Made by a program: the position numbers and the translations under genes. A stretch of 64,000 bases of DNA, taken from assembly GCA_024641335.1 (NCBI GenBank), contig JAHEDG010000001.1, forward strand, positions 46,910 through 110,909, written 5' to 3'. Below the pieces are notes generated by a model. It saw only the letters and a program-made list of their open reading frames with translations. It was not told the origin of the DNA and did not search any database. Positions 9,799-19,948 of the stretch are shown here, piece after piece. This DNA comes from Candidatus Zixiibacteriota bacterium (GTDB lineage Bacteria > Zixibacteria > MSB-5A5 > UBA10806). Within the stretch, counting starts at the first letter, position 1. Each line of letters begins with the position of its first letter.

Positions 9799-11651
9799 TG
9801 CGAAAACTGGTTTTGCCGATTATCCTGACGCTATTGGCGGCAGGAAACGTCCCGGCTGATAATCAATCCGAATCGGTTTTATTTTTACGGGAGCAGATGG
9901 CGATATTAAAGGGGAACGCGCCCGAAATACCGTCCCCCACAGGAACTAATGTTCGATTATGCGGGACGCCTATAACCGTGGCCGGATATTCATTGAGAAA
10001 GCAGGGTGTTCCGCTTCCGGCTGACGCTATGGTTTTGCGTCCGACATTTCTACCGGATACTCTCGGCGGTGAACATATTCTGGTTCATTACGTTTCCAGC
10101 GGCGCCCATGCGCCGTATGAAGTTTCGGTCGACACTCTTCCGGCGGATGGGGCGCCCGATTATATCAACCGTGTTCTGGAGATATTCGAGCATTGCTGGG
10201 ATTTTGAAACCGGGCCGGTATCGCTGAATTATCTCGGATTCAATGCTCCGCCATCGGATGCCGGGTTGGGAGGCGACAACAGGTATGATGTATATGTCAT
10301 GGCCTTGGACCCCGGTTTTTTCGGATTCACCAGCCCGGACGATGACACTACCGGATATCAGGTTTCCAGTTTTATAACGCTCGAAAACGATTTCGCGGGC
10401 ACCGGGTATCAGAATAATCCGCTGGATGCCGCTAAGGTAACCGCCGCCCATGAATTTTTCCACGCTATTCAGTTCGGGTATGACGCTTTAGAATTTGATT
10501 TCGACGATCCCGGTATCCCGGCCACATATAAACCCTGGTGGCTGGAGGCATCGGCTACCTGGATGGAAGACCAGGTATATGATGATATAAACGACTATAT
10601 CAACTACCTTCCTTTTTTCTACGGTTATCCCTGGATGGGGCTGGGTTCTTTCTCTTATAGCTACGGCAATCCCAGGGCTTATCACCCCTACGCTTCGTGT
10701 GTCTGGCCTATTTATCTTACCGAGAAGTACGGCTCGGGCATAGTGAAGGAAATATGGCAGGGATGCGCGTCCGTTCCGGGATATAATACTTTACTCGTGA
10801 CCGAAGGCCTGTTGCAGAGCCGCGGATCATCATTGTCCGAAGCTTATCTCGAGTTCTCTGTCTGGAACTATCATACCGGCCAGCGTGCCGATACCTCGGT
10901 TTATTTCAGCGAAGGGGCATTATTCCCCGATTCCATAAATATAACCGGTTTTATCGGCGATCTGACATCGACTCCCGTATTATTCGGAGGTCTTCCCAAT
11001 CCTCCGGAGCATTTGGGAGCGAATTATATCGTAATTCGGGCGGGACAAGATATCGGTGGAATAGCGGTCAGATTTGACGGAACCGACGTGGTCAACGCCG
11101 GATGGTTCGCGGCCATTGTCGGATACAGGCAGGGGGACAGCCAATGGCAGGATATGTTCCTTGTTCCCAATACCGGCGACGGGGCCGAGCAATGGCCCGA
11201 CTGGAACCTTTATGATGAGATCGTGATCATCCCGACCGTTTCAGGCTATTTCCCCTTTTACAATTCATATACCTACCACGGCGAAGTCAATTACGATCCG
11301 AGCATCGTGACCAACGGAGGCACTTCGCCGGAATTCAAGATAACCAAAGCTTATCCTTCTCCTTTCGTAATCGGGAGCGGTTCATCGGAGGTCACCATAC
11401 CGTATTCTCTGGACCGGCGATATACCAAAACCGAACTCGGGTTTTTAATATATAATTCCTACGGCGAATTGGTCAGGGAGCTGCCTAAAACGGATATTCC
11501 CTCTACCAGCCCCGGCCCGCACTCAATCGGAATTATCTGGGACGGCAGGAATGATGATGGTCAATACGCGGCCTCGGGGATTTATATCTTATATATGGAA
11601 GGGGACGGGAAATCCACGTCATTCAAAATCGCGGTAGTTAACAACAGGTAA
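9798..11651 (+). CDS. Secreted zinc metallopeptidase (HExxH) with T9SS-type C-terminal sorting domain
   Basis: GTG start with signal peptide. 'AAHEFFHAIQFGY' HExxH motif. The last ~100 aa match the Por/T9SS CTD pattern ('YPSPF...GELV...WDGRNDDG...SGIYI...FKIAVV'). Confidence 0.65.
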   Translation: MRKLVLPIILTLLAAGNVPADNQSESVLFLREQMAILKGNAPEIPSPTGTNVRLCGTPITVAGYSLRKQGVPLPADAMVLRPTFLPDTLGGEHILVHYVSSGAHAPYEVSVDTLPADGAPDYINRVLEIFEHCWDFETGPVSLNYLGFNAPPSDAGLGGDNRYDVYVMALDPGFFGFTSPDDDTTGYQVSSFITLENDFAGTGYQNNPLDAAKVTAAHEFFHAIQFGYDALEFDFDDPGIPATYKPWWLEASATWMEDQVYDDINDYINYLPFFYGYPWMGLGSFSYSYGNPRAYHPYASCVWPIYLTEKYGSGIVKEIWQGCASVPGYNTLLVTEGLLQSRGSSLSEAYLEFSVWNYHTGQRADTSVYFSEGALFPDSINITGFIGDLTSTPVLFGGLPNPPEHLGANYIVIRAGQDIGGIAVRFDGTDVVNAGWFAAIVGYRQGDSQWQDMFLVPNTGDGAEQWPDWNLYDEIVIIPTVSGYFPFYNSYTYHGEVNYDPSIVTNGGTSPEFKITKAYPSPFVIGSGSSEVTIPYSLDRRYTKTELGFLIYNSYGELVRELPKTDIPSTSPGPHSIGIIWDGRNDDGQYAASGIYILYMEGDGKSTSFKIAVVNNR

Positions 11652-11669
11652 AATGAAAGCCGAGGATGC

Positions 11670-12212
11670 ATGTCCGGAGTATCCGGTATCGCCAGGATTG
11701 GAGTTTTCGCGGCGTTGGCCTTCGGGTTGAACTCTCCGTTTTTGGCTGTTCCCAACGTGGAGGTTTTCAGCCTGACGATCTTCCTGTCCGGTTTGTTTAT
11801 GGGCAAAGCCAGCGGGACGGCAGTGGCGTTTGTGGCCGGGATTATTTTTGTTTTTTTCAACCCCAACGGTCCGCAGCCGATTCCTCTGGTCGGTTTTGTT
11901 CAGATATTCGGTTTTATGGTATTCGGATTTTCAGGAGGGTTGGCTCGGCCGATCCTATTGAACGTGAATGAAGCTGTTCGGGCGATCTGGCTAATGACTC
12001 TTTTGGGAATCGTTTTGACCCTGTGTTATGATCTTTTGACCAATCTGGCTTTCGCCTATCTCTTCGGACCTTTCTGGCCGGCGTTAATCGGAGGACTTGG
12101 GTTTAGCCTGGTGCATATAATCTGCAACGCCGTAATTTTTGGGCTGACTGGAGCAGTCGTTAACAGAATTTGGAAAAGAATAGAATTCGTAATGCCGCCG
12201 CTGGCGGGCTGA
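11670..12212 (+). CDS. Small polytopic membrane protein (ECF-transporter S-component-like)
   Basis: About 5-6 predicted TM helices and no soluble domain. Function not assignable. Confidence 0.4.
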   Translation: MSGVSGIARIGVFAALAFGLNSPFLAVPNVEVFSLTIFLSGLFMGKASGTAVAFVAGIIFVFFNPNGPQPIPLVGFVQIFGFMVFGFSGGLARPILLNVNEAVRAIWLMTLLGIVLTLCYDLLTNLAFAYLFGPFWPALIGGLGFSLVHIICNAVIFGLTGAVVNRIWKRIEFVMPPLAG

Positions 12213-14161
12213 TATTTCTGATCGTTTTAGTATCAGCGATTTACGGACAGGATACGCCCGGCGATACGTCGTGGGCGCCCGACCTGGCCGCCGAGGATAC
12301 GCTCGATATTCCGATTCCCGCGGTGGAAGATTCTATCGATATCAATCTGGACCGTCGCAAAACCAAGCATCCGATCGGGAAAACAGGGGCGGTAAAATCA
12401 TCCGATACGAAAGCCGATTTGGAAACAGCGGCTGTTGAAACCGATACTGTCGAATACAAACCGACTCCATATGATTTGAGGTTGTATATCGCTAAAGGTG
12501 TCGGCGATGATCTTAAAAACCGGCCGGATATTTTTATGGAGAGTCCAGGCACTGTCGGCTCTCCAAAAATACCGGTGGAGTATCTGAATACGGCCGGCCG
12601 CGAGATTACTCTCAACGGTTTGCCTTTTATCTACAACGGTATCTATCGTCCGTATATTATCGGCTCCGATCTCGAGGTTCTTCCCTGGGAGATATTCACC
12701 GGATCCGATTCCGGAGGGATGCCGTCGGCAACCGGAAAGCTCGATATATCATTGGGAGCGCCGCCGGTAGTTCAGAACAGATCCGACGTGGAGCTTGCCA
12801 GAGGGCCGTATAGATACAACGGCTCGAGATGGCGATATTATTTACCGCTGGGCCAGACCGCCCGAGCGTATTTCACGGTCGGTTTTAAAAGATCCGACGG
12901 TTATTTTCGTAATTCCGATTATGACGGTTATCATGTGACCGGCGGTCTTTCAGGATCGGTACCCGGCGGGCAGATCGATATCGACTTATGGAAACACAGG
13001 GCGAAATCGGGTCTGCAATCGTTTGACGATTTGCTGGAACAAGTGTCGAGACAGAGCAGGGGGATCAACCGGGCGGAAATCCGTTATAAAACCGATTTTA
13101 TCCCGAGTTTCGAACTAAGGGCTGTAGGGCTGTATCAAAGATCCGCTCAAACCATAACCGGATATTCCGGAGAGAATAAGAGCAAAAACGATATCGGCGG
13201 TGGAGAGATCTCCATCAGTGATTCTCTTTTATCGATGGGCATCGACCTGGGAATGACATATTATAATCTTCGCCTGTATGGAACATCAGGGTCGGTTCCA
13301 TCGACCGATCTGTTCGGTTTTTTTGGGCGGGCCTATGGCGATTTTCTGGGATTTCAATATGAAATGAATACGCGATATGAGGGCAACGATATCGACGGTT
13401 CGGCTCTGCTGCCGGATATTACCTTATCGTATGATCTTAATTCCCATTTCGCTCCTTTTGCCGCTTTTCAAATGGAACGGCGTATGCCCGATCTGTACCT
13501 GTTGAGTTTTCATGACTCCGTTTCGGATCTTGGTTACCCGGGCGTGCTGAATTCATATCGTTTTGAACCCGACCCGGATCTCAAATCGCCGGTTACATCG
13601 CGCGGAACGTTTGGTTTTCGAGCTGATATTGATCATCTGGAATCGGCTGTCTGTATCTCGCTGAAAAAAATAAAGGATCAGATATATTTGACTTACTCAA
13701 GCGACACGTCGGGGAATATCACTGTCTCTCCGGACAATTATGATGATGAATTTCTGGAGATAGCTTCCCGTCTGCAGGCCGACGCCGGGCCGTTCACCGC
13801 GGAGATATCCGGCTCATACAGGCAGTGGCAGGAAAGATATTTCGACGACGGTCTGGAAAAGGGGCCAGCCGCGACAGGATTCGGCAGGCTATCGTTTAAA
13901 AGACAGTTCTTTATCAGGGATCTCTACTTAGGCGGATCTTTGGAGCTGCGGGCTTCGTCCAGAAGGGACTACAGATCTATCAGAGTGGCTCTGACTGACG
14001 GTTTCGCCGCTTTCGCCGGACGACTGGAATTTCAATACAAGGATTTTATTTTCTGGCTTAACGACGAGAATCTGAGCAATCAGCTTTATTACACTCTGGC
14101 GCCGTATCCGGAAGCTCCCCGGACGGTTTGGTGGGGTTTCAGGTGGAATTTTTTTAATTGA
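12170..14161 (+). CDS. Putative outer-membrane beta-barrel protein
   Basis: Signal peptide 'LIFLIVLVSAIYG'. Alternating beta-strand-like composition rich in Y/G/S. Aromatic C-terminus '...WWGFRWNFFN' typical of OMPs. Confidence 0.45.
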   Translation: MEKNRIRNAAAGGLIFLIVLVSAIYGQDTPGDTSWAPDLAAEDTLDIPIPAVEDSIDINLDRRKTKHPIGKTGAVKSSDTKADLETAAVETDTVEYKPTPYDLRLYIAKGVGDDLKNRPDIFMESPGTVGSPKIPVEYLNTAGREITLNGLPFIYNGIYRPYIIGSDLEVLPWEIFTGSDSGGMPSATGKLDISLGAPPVVQNRSDVELARGPYRYNGSRWRYYLPLGQTARAYFTVGFKRSDGYFRNSDYDGYHVTGGLSGSVPGGQIDIDLWKHRAKSGLQSFDDLLEQVSRQSRGINRAEIRYKTDFIPSFELRAVGLYQRSAQTITGYSGENKSKNDIGGGEISISDSLLSMGIDLGMTYYNLRLYGTSGSVPSTDLFGFFGRAYGDFLGFQYEMNTRYEGNDIDGSALLPDITLSYDLNSHFAPFAAFQMERRMPDLYLLSFHDSVSDLGYPGVLNSYRFEPDPDLKSPVTSRGTFGFRADIDHLESAVCISLKKIKDQIYLTYSSDTSGNITVSPDNYDDEFLEIASRLQADAGPFTAEISGSYRQWQERYFDDGLEKGPAATGFGRLSFKRQFFIRDLYLGGSLELRASSRRDYRSIRVALTDGFAAFAGRLEFQYKDFIFWLNDENLSNQLYYTLAPYPEAPRTVWWGFRWNFFN

Positions 14162-14240
14162 AGCCGTGAAAGGTCTTTATATCTTTCCCGATGGATGTTA
14201 AGTTACGATAATTAAACCTGTTTTGCGGAGAGAATCGATT

Positions 14241-14786
14241 ATGACACGCGATCAGGCGTTGCAATGGGTGAACTCGGAGATAGGAAATCCCAACCTGGTG
14301 AAACATATATTAGCGGTCGAGGCCGGATGCCGACGATTGGCCAGGCATTTTGGCGAGGACGAGGATTACTGGGGAATGGTCGGCTTGCTGCACGATATCG
14401 ATTATCAGAAGACGGTCAATGATCCCGCTTTGCATACCAATATGGCGGCGGATTGGCTGAAAGAGAAAGGGTTCGATGAGCTTTTTATATACGCGGTCAA
14501 GGCCCATGCCGAGCATGTCGAACCTAAATCTAAACTGGATTGGACCCTATACACGGTCGATCCCACAACCGGGCTGATCGTGGCGGCGGCCCTGATGCAT
14601 CCTTCGCGATCGCTGGCCGGACTGGATACCCGGTTTTTGCTGAAGCGATTCAAGGAAAAACGTTTTGCCGCCGGGGCCCGAAGGGAAACTATCGCCGCCT
14701 GTTCCAATTTAGGATTGACCCTGGAGGAATTCCTCGGCCTGGTATTGGACGGGATGAGCGAGATATCTGATGATCTCGGCCTATAG
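14241..14786 (+). CDS. HD-domain phosphohydrolase
   Basis: 'HILAVEAG...LLHDIDY' H...HD motif. RBS GGAGAG 8 nt before the ATG at 14241. The track ORF begins at an upstream TTG at 14223. Confidence 0.7.
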   Translation: MTRDQALQWVNSEIGNPNLVKHILAVEAGCRRLARHFGEDEDYWGMVGLLHDIDYQKTVNDPALHTNMAADWLKEKGFDELFIYAVKAHAEHVEPKSKLDWTLYTVDPTTGLIVAAALMHPSRSLAGLDTRFLLKRFKEKRFAAGARRETIAACSNLGLTLEEFLGLVLDGMSEISDDLGL

Positions 14787-15117
14787 AATCGTTACGGTAT
14801 TTTCGCTTATCATGACGCTGAATGTCACCGCCTGGTGCGGATCGGGCGGAGATGATAACTGGTTTGGCCGGGATAAATTCGAGCATTTCACCATATCCGC
14901 GTTTTACGCCGGCGGGACTACGATAATAGCCAACCGTCATTTCGGACTGGAGCGGACCGGCTCAGTGGAAATAGGGATAGGTTTTTCATTTTCATTGGGA
15001 ACGGCCAAAGAGATTATCGACTCTAAAAATTCGGCCGCCACTTCGAGTTTTAGAGACCTGATCTGGGATATAGCCGGAGCGCTTGCCGGGGCGATTATCG
15101 CGGGTTCCGCGTTATGA
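14770..15117 (+). CDS. Small secreted/membrane hypothetical protein with glycine-zipper C-terminus
   Basis: Signal-peptide-like N-terminus. C-terminal 'AGALAGAIIAGSAL' glycine zipper. Confidence 0.4.
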   Translation: MISAYRIVTVFSLIMTLNVTAWCGSGGDDNWFGRDKFEHFTISAFYAGGTTIIANRHFGLERTGSVEIGIGFSFSLGTAKEIIDSKNSAATSSFRDLIWDIAGALAGAIIAGSAL

Positions 15118-16349
15118 AATATTATAAATCGAGAGTCTTCACCTGGTCTCTTTACGATTTCGCCAATACGATTTTCTCCATGAACGTGGTCAGTCTATAT
15201 TTCCCGTTGATGATAAAAAACAATTATGGCGGGGCCGATATAAATCTTTCGTTGGCCAGATCATCGGCCATGATCGCAGTGGCCCTGATAATGCCCCTGG
15301 CCGGCCTGGTGTCCGATAAATTCGGACGGCGGATGGGACCGGCTATTTTCTTCACTATCGTTTGCTGTCTGGCGACATTCAATCTCGGGCAGGGCGGATC
15401 GATGTTTTATCAGCTGATGATCTTCGCTGTGGCAGTATTTAGTTTCCAGGGGGCCCTGGTCTTCTATAACGCGGTATTGCCTCAGATCTCCGGGCCTGGG
15501 AAAATGGGACGAGTTTCAGGCTACGGTGTGGCGCTCGGATATATCGGGACTATTTTCGGATTGATTGTGGTCGGCTCGCTGGTCGGGCAGCGCTGTTATT
15601 CCCAGGTATTTCCGCTGACGGCGGTATTGTTTTTTGTTTTCGCTCTGCCATTTATGATCTCCATCCGGGATGACGCTCCCCGCCCCCTGAAAGGGATCGG
15701 AAAAAGCGCTATCGACTCGATCAGGAATATCGCCGACGTTTACCGTGACGCCCGTTCCCGTCCGGGCATCTTGAGATTCCTCCTGGGACGGTTTTTCATA
15801 GTCGAAGCTTTGGAGACGATCATCTTCTTTATGGCTGTCTATTTAAAAGAGGCTATCGGGTTTTCGGATAACAGGGCGGTATATGGAAATCTCAACGAAA
15901 TAACTCTGTTTTTGATAGTAGTCACTGTATTCACCGCGGCCGGATCGCTGGTCTGGGGATTTATCACCGAAAAGCTGGGGCCTCGCAATTCGCTTCTCTG
16001 GACAGTCGCGCTATGGATAGTTACCCTGGGGTGCATAATTTTCTTTTCGGATAAAACCCTGTTTATAATATTCGGGTCCATGGCCGGGATATCCTTAGGG
16101 GGAGTCTGGACGGCGGAGAGGCCTCTGCTGGTTAATCTGGTCAATGACAATAAAAAGCTGGCAGGTTATTTCGGATTGTTCGCGCTATCGGGACGGATGG
16201 CGGCGGTGATCGGCCCGATCATCTGGGGAATGATAGTATTGATATTCGATTCGATGGGCCCGATTAAGTACCGTTTCGCGGTAGCCTCGGTTTTAGTCAT
16301 GATGATAACCGGGCTGATAGTTTTGAGGAAGGTGCCGGATGCCAGATAA
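15114..16349 (+). CDS. MFS transporter, UMF1/Atg22-like family
   Basis: 'SLYDFANTIFS' N-terminal motif typical of the UMF1 family. 12 predicted TM segments. Confidence 0.75.
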   Translation: MKYYKSRVFTWSLYDFANTIFSMNVVSLYFPLMIKNNYGGADINLSLARSSAMIAVALIMPLAGLVSDKFGRRMGPAIFFTIVCCLATFNLGQGGSMFYQLMIFAVAVFSFQGALVFYNAVLPQISGPGKMGRVSGYGVALGYIGTIFGLIVVGSLVGQRCYSQVFPLTAVLFFVFALPFMISIRDDAPRPLKGIGKSAIDSIRNIADVYRDARSRPGILRFLLGRFFIVEALETIIFFMAVYLKEAIGFSDNRAVYGNLNEITLFLIVVTVFTAAGSLVWGFITEKLGPRNSLLWTVALWIVTLGCIIFFSDKTLFIIFGSMAGISLGGVWTAERPLLVNLVNDNKKLAGYFGLFALSGRMAAVIGPIIWGMIVLIFDSMGPIKYRFAVASVLVMMITGLIVLRKVPDAR

Positions 16350-17388
16350 TATCTACACTCAGATCGTCGGGGTCGTTCATGTTCACTCCATTTATTCCGA
16401 CGGCTCCAAGACTATCGAAGAGATCGCCCGTATTGGAGAGGGGGCCGGTCTGGATTTTCTGATGTTCACCGATCATAATACGTTAAAACCGCTGCGCGAC
16501 GGTCATCAGCGTTATCATGGCAAGACTGCGGTGATAGTAGGTTACGAGATAGAGGATGAAAACGACGAGAACCATTACCTGGCCTTCGGTCTCGATAATG
16601 TTCTCGAACGGGGCTTGAAAGCAGCCGAATATGTCGAGCGGGTCAGGCAGAACGGCGGTCTGGGAATCATAGCCCATCCCGATGAAGTGCGGAGCGCTTT
16701 CCCGCAATACCCGTCATACCCCTGGACCGAATGGGACACAGACGGATTTGACGCTATGGAGATCTGGAATCATATGTCCGCCTGGATGGAGTCTTTAAAG
16801 CCGATCAATATGCTCAAAATGGCCATCATGCCGCGAAGAAGCCTCCGGGGGCCGACACAGCGGGCGTTAGCCAAATGGGATGAAATCTCGGCCGGACGAC
16901 GGGTGGCCGGAGTAGGTTCGGCCGATGTCCATGCCCACGCTTACAGGAAAGGGCTGATCAAGCTGACCATATTTCCGTACAAGGTCCAGTTCCGCTCGAT
17001 CAGGACGCACCTCCTGCTCGACAGACCGCTTTCCGATGATATCATCGAAGCCCGGGATCAGATCTTCGAGGCAATCAGAAAATGCCGGGTATTCGTCTCC
17101 AATTTCAGGTGGGGAGACGCCAGAGGGTTCGAATTTTACGCCCGGGATAAAGATCGAATCTATCCTATGGGCGCTGAGGTGAGTCTTTCAAATGATCTCG
17201 TCTTGAACATGATCTCGCCGAAAACATCCGAAATAAGACTGATCAAAGATGGCCAACCGGTAATGTCCCAGACCGGAAACTGTTTTGAGATGGCAGTGCA
17301 AATTCCTGGTATATATAGAGTTGAGCTGTTCCTTAGAAAGAGAGGCTGGATATATTCGAATCATATTCGGGTTGGCCCAAAAAAATAA
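16339..17388 (+). CDS. PHP-domain metal-dependent phosphoesterase
   Basis: 'VHVHSIYSDGS...FLMFTDHN' PHP motifs. 349 aa. Confidence 0.7.
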   Translation: MPDNIYTQIVGVVHVHSIYSDGSKTIEEIARIGEGAGLDFLMFTDHNTLKPLRDGHQRYHGKTAVIVGYEIEDENDENHYLAFGLDNVLERGLKAAEYVERVRQNGGLGIIAHPDEVRSAFPQYPSYPWTEWDTDGFDAMEIWNHMSAWMESLKPINMLKMAIMPRRSLRGPTQRALAKWDEISAGRRVAGVGSADVHAHAYRKGLIKLTIFPYKVQFRSIRTHLLLDRPLSDDIIEARDQIFEAIRKCRVFVSNFRWGDARGFEFYARDKDRIYPMGAEVSLSNDLVLNMISPKTSEIRLIKDGQPVMSQTGNCFEMAVQIPGIYRVELFLRKRGWIYSNHIRVGPKK

Positions 17389-17627
17389 GGGTGAAACAAC
17401 CTGGATAGAGGGGGGCTGGAACTACCCAGATTATCGTCTCACCCTTAAAACACAGTATAAATAAGGTAGAATCGGTTTGTTGTCAAGAATTTTCCCCTTC
17501 TCCCGGAATTCGAAAATAATATTCGCTTTTATAAAGCCGAAACGGATGTCGGGCATGATAGCTATAAAAATTGAAAATTCCCTCGGTTTCCATGCGGAAT
17601 ATGGGAAAATATATTAGCGGTATTTAG

Positions 17628-17843
17628 TTAACCGATAAAATTGGAGACAGGAGGTAGATCATCGCTTTTGTTTTTATTTTGTTTATGATGCGACAATTGG
17701 GGGGTCAGTATGTTTTTCGAACGCATTTGAGCCTCGGCCGCCGCTACCATATCCCCGGTGATTCCGCGGGTTTTATCTTTGGCGGTTCGGTCGATCTCAT
17801 GGGTTTCTGGCATTAACGATTTGGCACTCGGAATTTCTTTCAT
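17628..17843 (-). CDS. Small hypothetical protein (71 aa) with consensus Shine-Dalgarno
   Basis: On the minus strand, AGGAGG lies 7 nt upstream of ATG (the + strand shows 'catattttccctcct'). Sits in a 526-bp intergenic gap. No recognisable domain. Confidence 0.45.
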   Translation of the reverse strand: MKEIPSAKSLMPETHEIDRTAKDKTRGITGDMVAAAEAQMRSKNILTPQLSHHKQNKNKSDDLPPVSNFIG

Positions 17844-17902
17844 ATTTTCCCTCCTGATTATATATCGGCATAATAAGCCCAAAATCTTAGTGTTTTATGT
17901 AG

Positions 17903-17931
17903 TTGACATAATATTTGGCCGGTTCTAATAT
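17903..17931 (+). promoter_or_regulatory. Candidate sigma-70 promoter (TTGACA-N17-TAATAT) for the sensor kinase gene
   Basis: Near-consensus -35 and -10 hexamers with a 17-nt spacer. They end about 8 nt before the ATG at 17939, implying a leaderless or very short-leader mRNA. Confidence 0.5.
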
Positions 17932-17938
17932 TCAATTA

Positions 17939-19948
17939 ATGAGACAGGATAAATGGAACAGACCATTTCCTTTTTTCGGCCTGAAATTACGTCATGCCGT
18001 AGCCCTTCTGGTGTGCCTGGGGCTGATTTTGGTTCTGGCCGGGTATTTTTCAGTAAATGTAGGGCAAAAAGCTGCATTCAAAGCGGTAACCGCCCAGGGA
18101 CGAGCCCTGACCGAATCGCTGTTATCGTCGGCCCAGATAATTATCGAGGCGGACGATGAATTTACAGCCGAGGGTATTGATCGGCTATCAGCGGGGATCG
18201 CCGGATTTACCAGACGGATAAAAAGCCCGACCCAGGGTAATCTCGACAGCCTCAGGCAGATGGTTCAGGCGGAGAAAATATATTATATGCGAAAGCAGGA
18301 GATGATCGCGGTATCGTCCGGCAAGAGTGTATTCCCCTGGGATGATATCAAATCCTGGCTCGATTCGCTGGAGATCGATCCGGAGACCGAGATCATTTAT
18401 GAATTTCGGCAGGATGATACCGATCGGTATCTGTGGGCCTATTTCCCTTATGATAAAGAAAAAGGTATCTTCCTGGTCGCCCGGTGGCTTTACGGCCAAT
18501 ACGGCAATAGCAATCTGGGGTTATCGTATCTTCTGAATCAGGTGGCCAGAGAATCCGGAGTAGAATATATCATGCTCCAGAATCTCGACGGGATTATATT
18601 CGCGTCGAAAAAAGTTGCCAGTATGCCTCGTATAAGCGACGATCCTTTTTTGGGAGAAGCGCTCAAAAGCGATACCACCTGCAGCAGGCTCATTATTTTT
18701 CAAGACAGGGAAATACTGGAAACCACCAGGCGGTTCGAATCCAGAGAATTCGAGGGGCTTTTCCGGGTAGGGCTGTCGATGTTTGGATATCGGGAGATAA
18801 CCGATGGCATGAAAAGTCAGGTATGGCTGATGGTGGCGGCCCTGATAATGTTAGGGATGTTGGCTTTCGGGGTGGTTGTGGGATTTCAGAATTTCGATCT
18901 GCTAAAAGCCGGCCTGGATAAGGCCGATATCATATCCCGCAATCTGCTCGATTCGATTCCCGGGCCGGTGATCGCGGTCGACAGAAACCTGATCATTACC
19001 GATATCAACTCCGCCGCCAGATCGAGTTTCGGGTTGCAATCGCTGCGGGCGGGAACGGATTACCGCGGGGCGTTCAGGGATGATCCGTTCAGATTCGATC
19101 CGGTGGTGCGAAATATGAGAATCGCCGGTTTCGAGGGGAGAGTGACCGACTCCGGAAATCGTTATTTTATTACATCCACCCCTTTGATCGGCTCCGACGG
19201 TGAATTGATAGGGGCTATCGCCATCGCCCAGGATATCACCGATACCCGCCGTCTGGAAGAAATAGCCGAATCACGCCGCCGTCTCTCGGAACTCGGCGCG
19301 CTGGCCGCTTCGATGGCTCACGAGATAAGGAATCCTCTTAACGCCATCGGCATAACTATTCAAAGGATGAAAAACGAGATCAGGCCGAAAGAAAATTCAG
19401 ACGAGTATGACCGTTTCATCGACGGCTTGAAAATGGAAATCAGCCGGCTCAACTCGATTATAGAGAAATTTCTGGCTGTCGCTCGGTCAGTTCGTCCGGA
19501 GATAGCTGATGTTGATATAGAAGATCTGATTTCCCGCGCGGTGGATCTTTTCCGGACGCAGGCCGAGGCCAGGAAAATCGTTATCGACTGGAAAGCCGGG
19601 TCGTCCGATACAATAATACAAGGCGACAAGGACGGCCTGACACAGGCGCTGATCAATATTATAAAGAATAGTATCGAGGCGTTGCAGAGAGAAGGCCGAA
19701 TAGAGATAGGGGTCGCCCGGAAAAATGATAAGATCATCATATCGATCTCGGATAACGGTCCCGGTATGGAGGATACAGGTTCGGCATTGAAACCGTTTCA
19801 CACGACCAAAAAAGATGGCACCGGGCTGGGGCTTTCCACCGCCTCAAAGATTCTCACTGATCACGGCGGGGAATTGGCCATCGAATCCGCTCCGGGCAGA
19901 GGATGCCGGGTAGATATGATTATTCCGTTAAAACGAGGTTCCCAATGA
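17939..19948 (+). CDS. Sensor histidine kinase (TM + PAS + HisKA + HATPase), NtrB/AtoS-like
   Basis: H-box 'AHEIRNPLNAI'. ATP-binding N, G1 and G2 boxes ('NIIKNSIEA', 'DNGPGM', 'GTGLGLS'). An internal PAS-like region is present. The track ORF starts at 17915 inside the putative promoter, so the Met at 17939 is preferred. Confidence 0.85.
   Translation: MRQDKWNRPFPFFGLKLRHAVALLVCLGLILVLAGYFSVNVGQKAAFKAVTAQGRALTESLLSSAQIIIEADDEFTAEGIDRLSAGIAGFTRRIKSPTQGNLDSLRQMVQAEKIYYMRKQEMIAVSSGKSVFPWDDIKSWLDSLEIDPETEIIYEFRQDDTDRYLWAYFPYDKEKGIFLVARWLYGQYGNSNLGLSYLLNQVARESGVEYIMLQNLDGIIFASKKVASMPRISDDPFLGEALKSDTTCSRLIIFQDREILETTRRFESREFEGLFRVGLSMFGYREITDGMKSQVWLMVAALIMLGMLAFGVVVGFQNFDLLKAGLDKADIISRNLLDSIPGPVIAVDRNLIITDINSAARSSFGLQSLRAGTDYRGAFRDDPFRFDPVVRNMRIAGFEGRVTDSGNRYFITSTPLIGSDGELIGAIAIAQDITDTRRLEEIAESRRRLSELGALAASMAHEIRNPLNAIGITIQRMKNEIRPKENSDEYDRFIDGLKMEISRLNSIIEKFLAVARSVRPEIADVDIEDLISRAVDLFRTQAEARKIVIDWKAGSSDTIIQGDKDGLTQALINIIKNSIEALQREGRIEIGVARKNDKIIISISDNGPGMEDTGSALKPFHTTKKDGTGLGLSTASKILTDHGGELAIESAPGRGCRVDMIIPLKRGSQ

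Noticed and set aside
17818-17835. TGGCAC hexamer (sigma-54 -24-like)
   Set aside because: No TTGC-like -12 element at the correct spacing. It lies inside the minus-strand small ORF.
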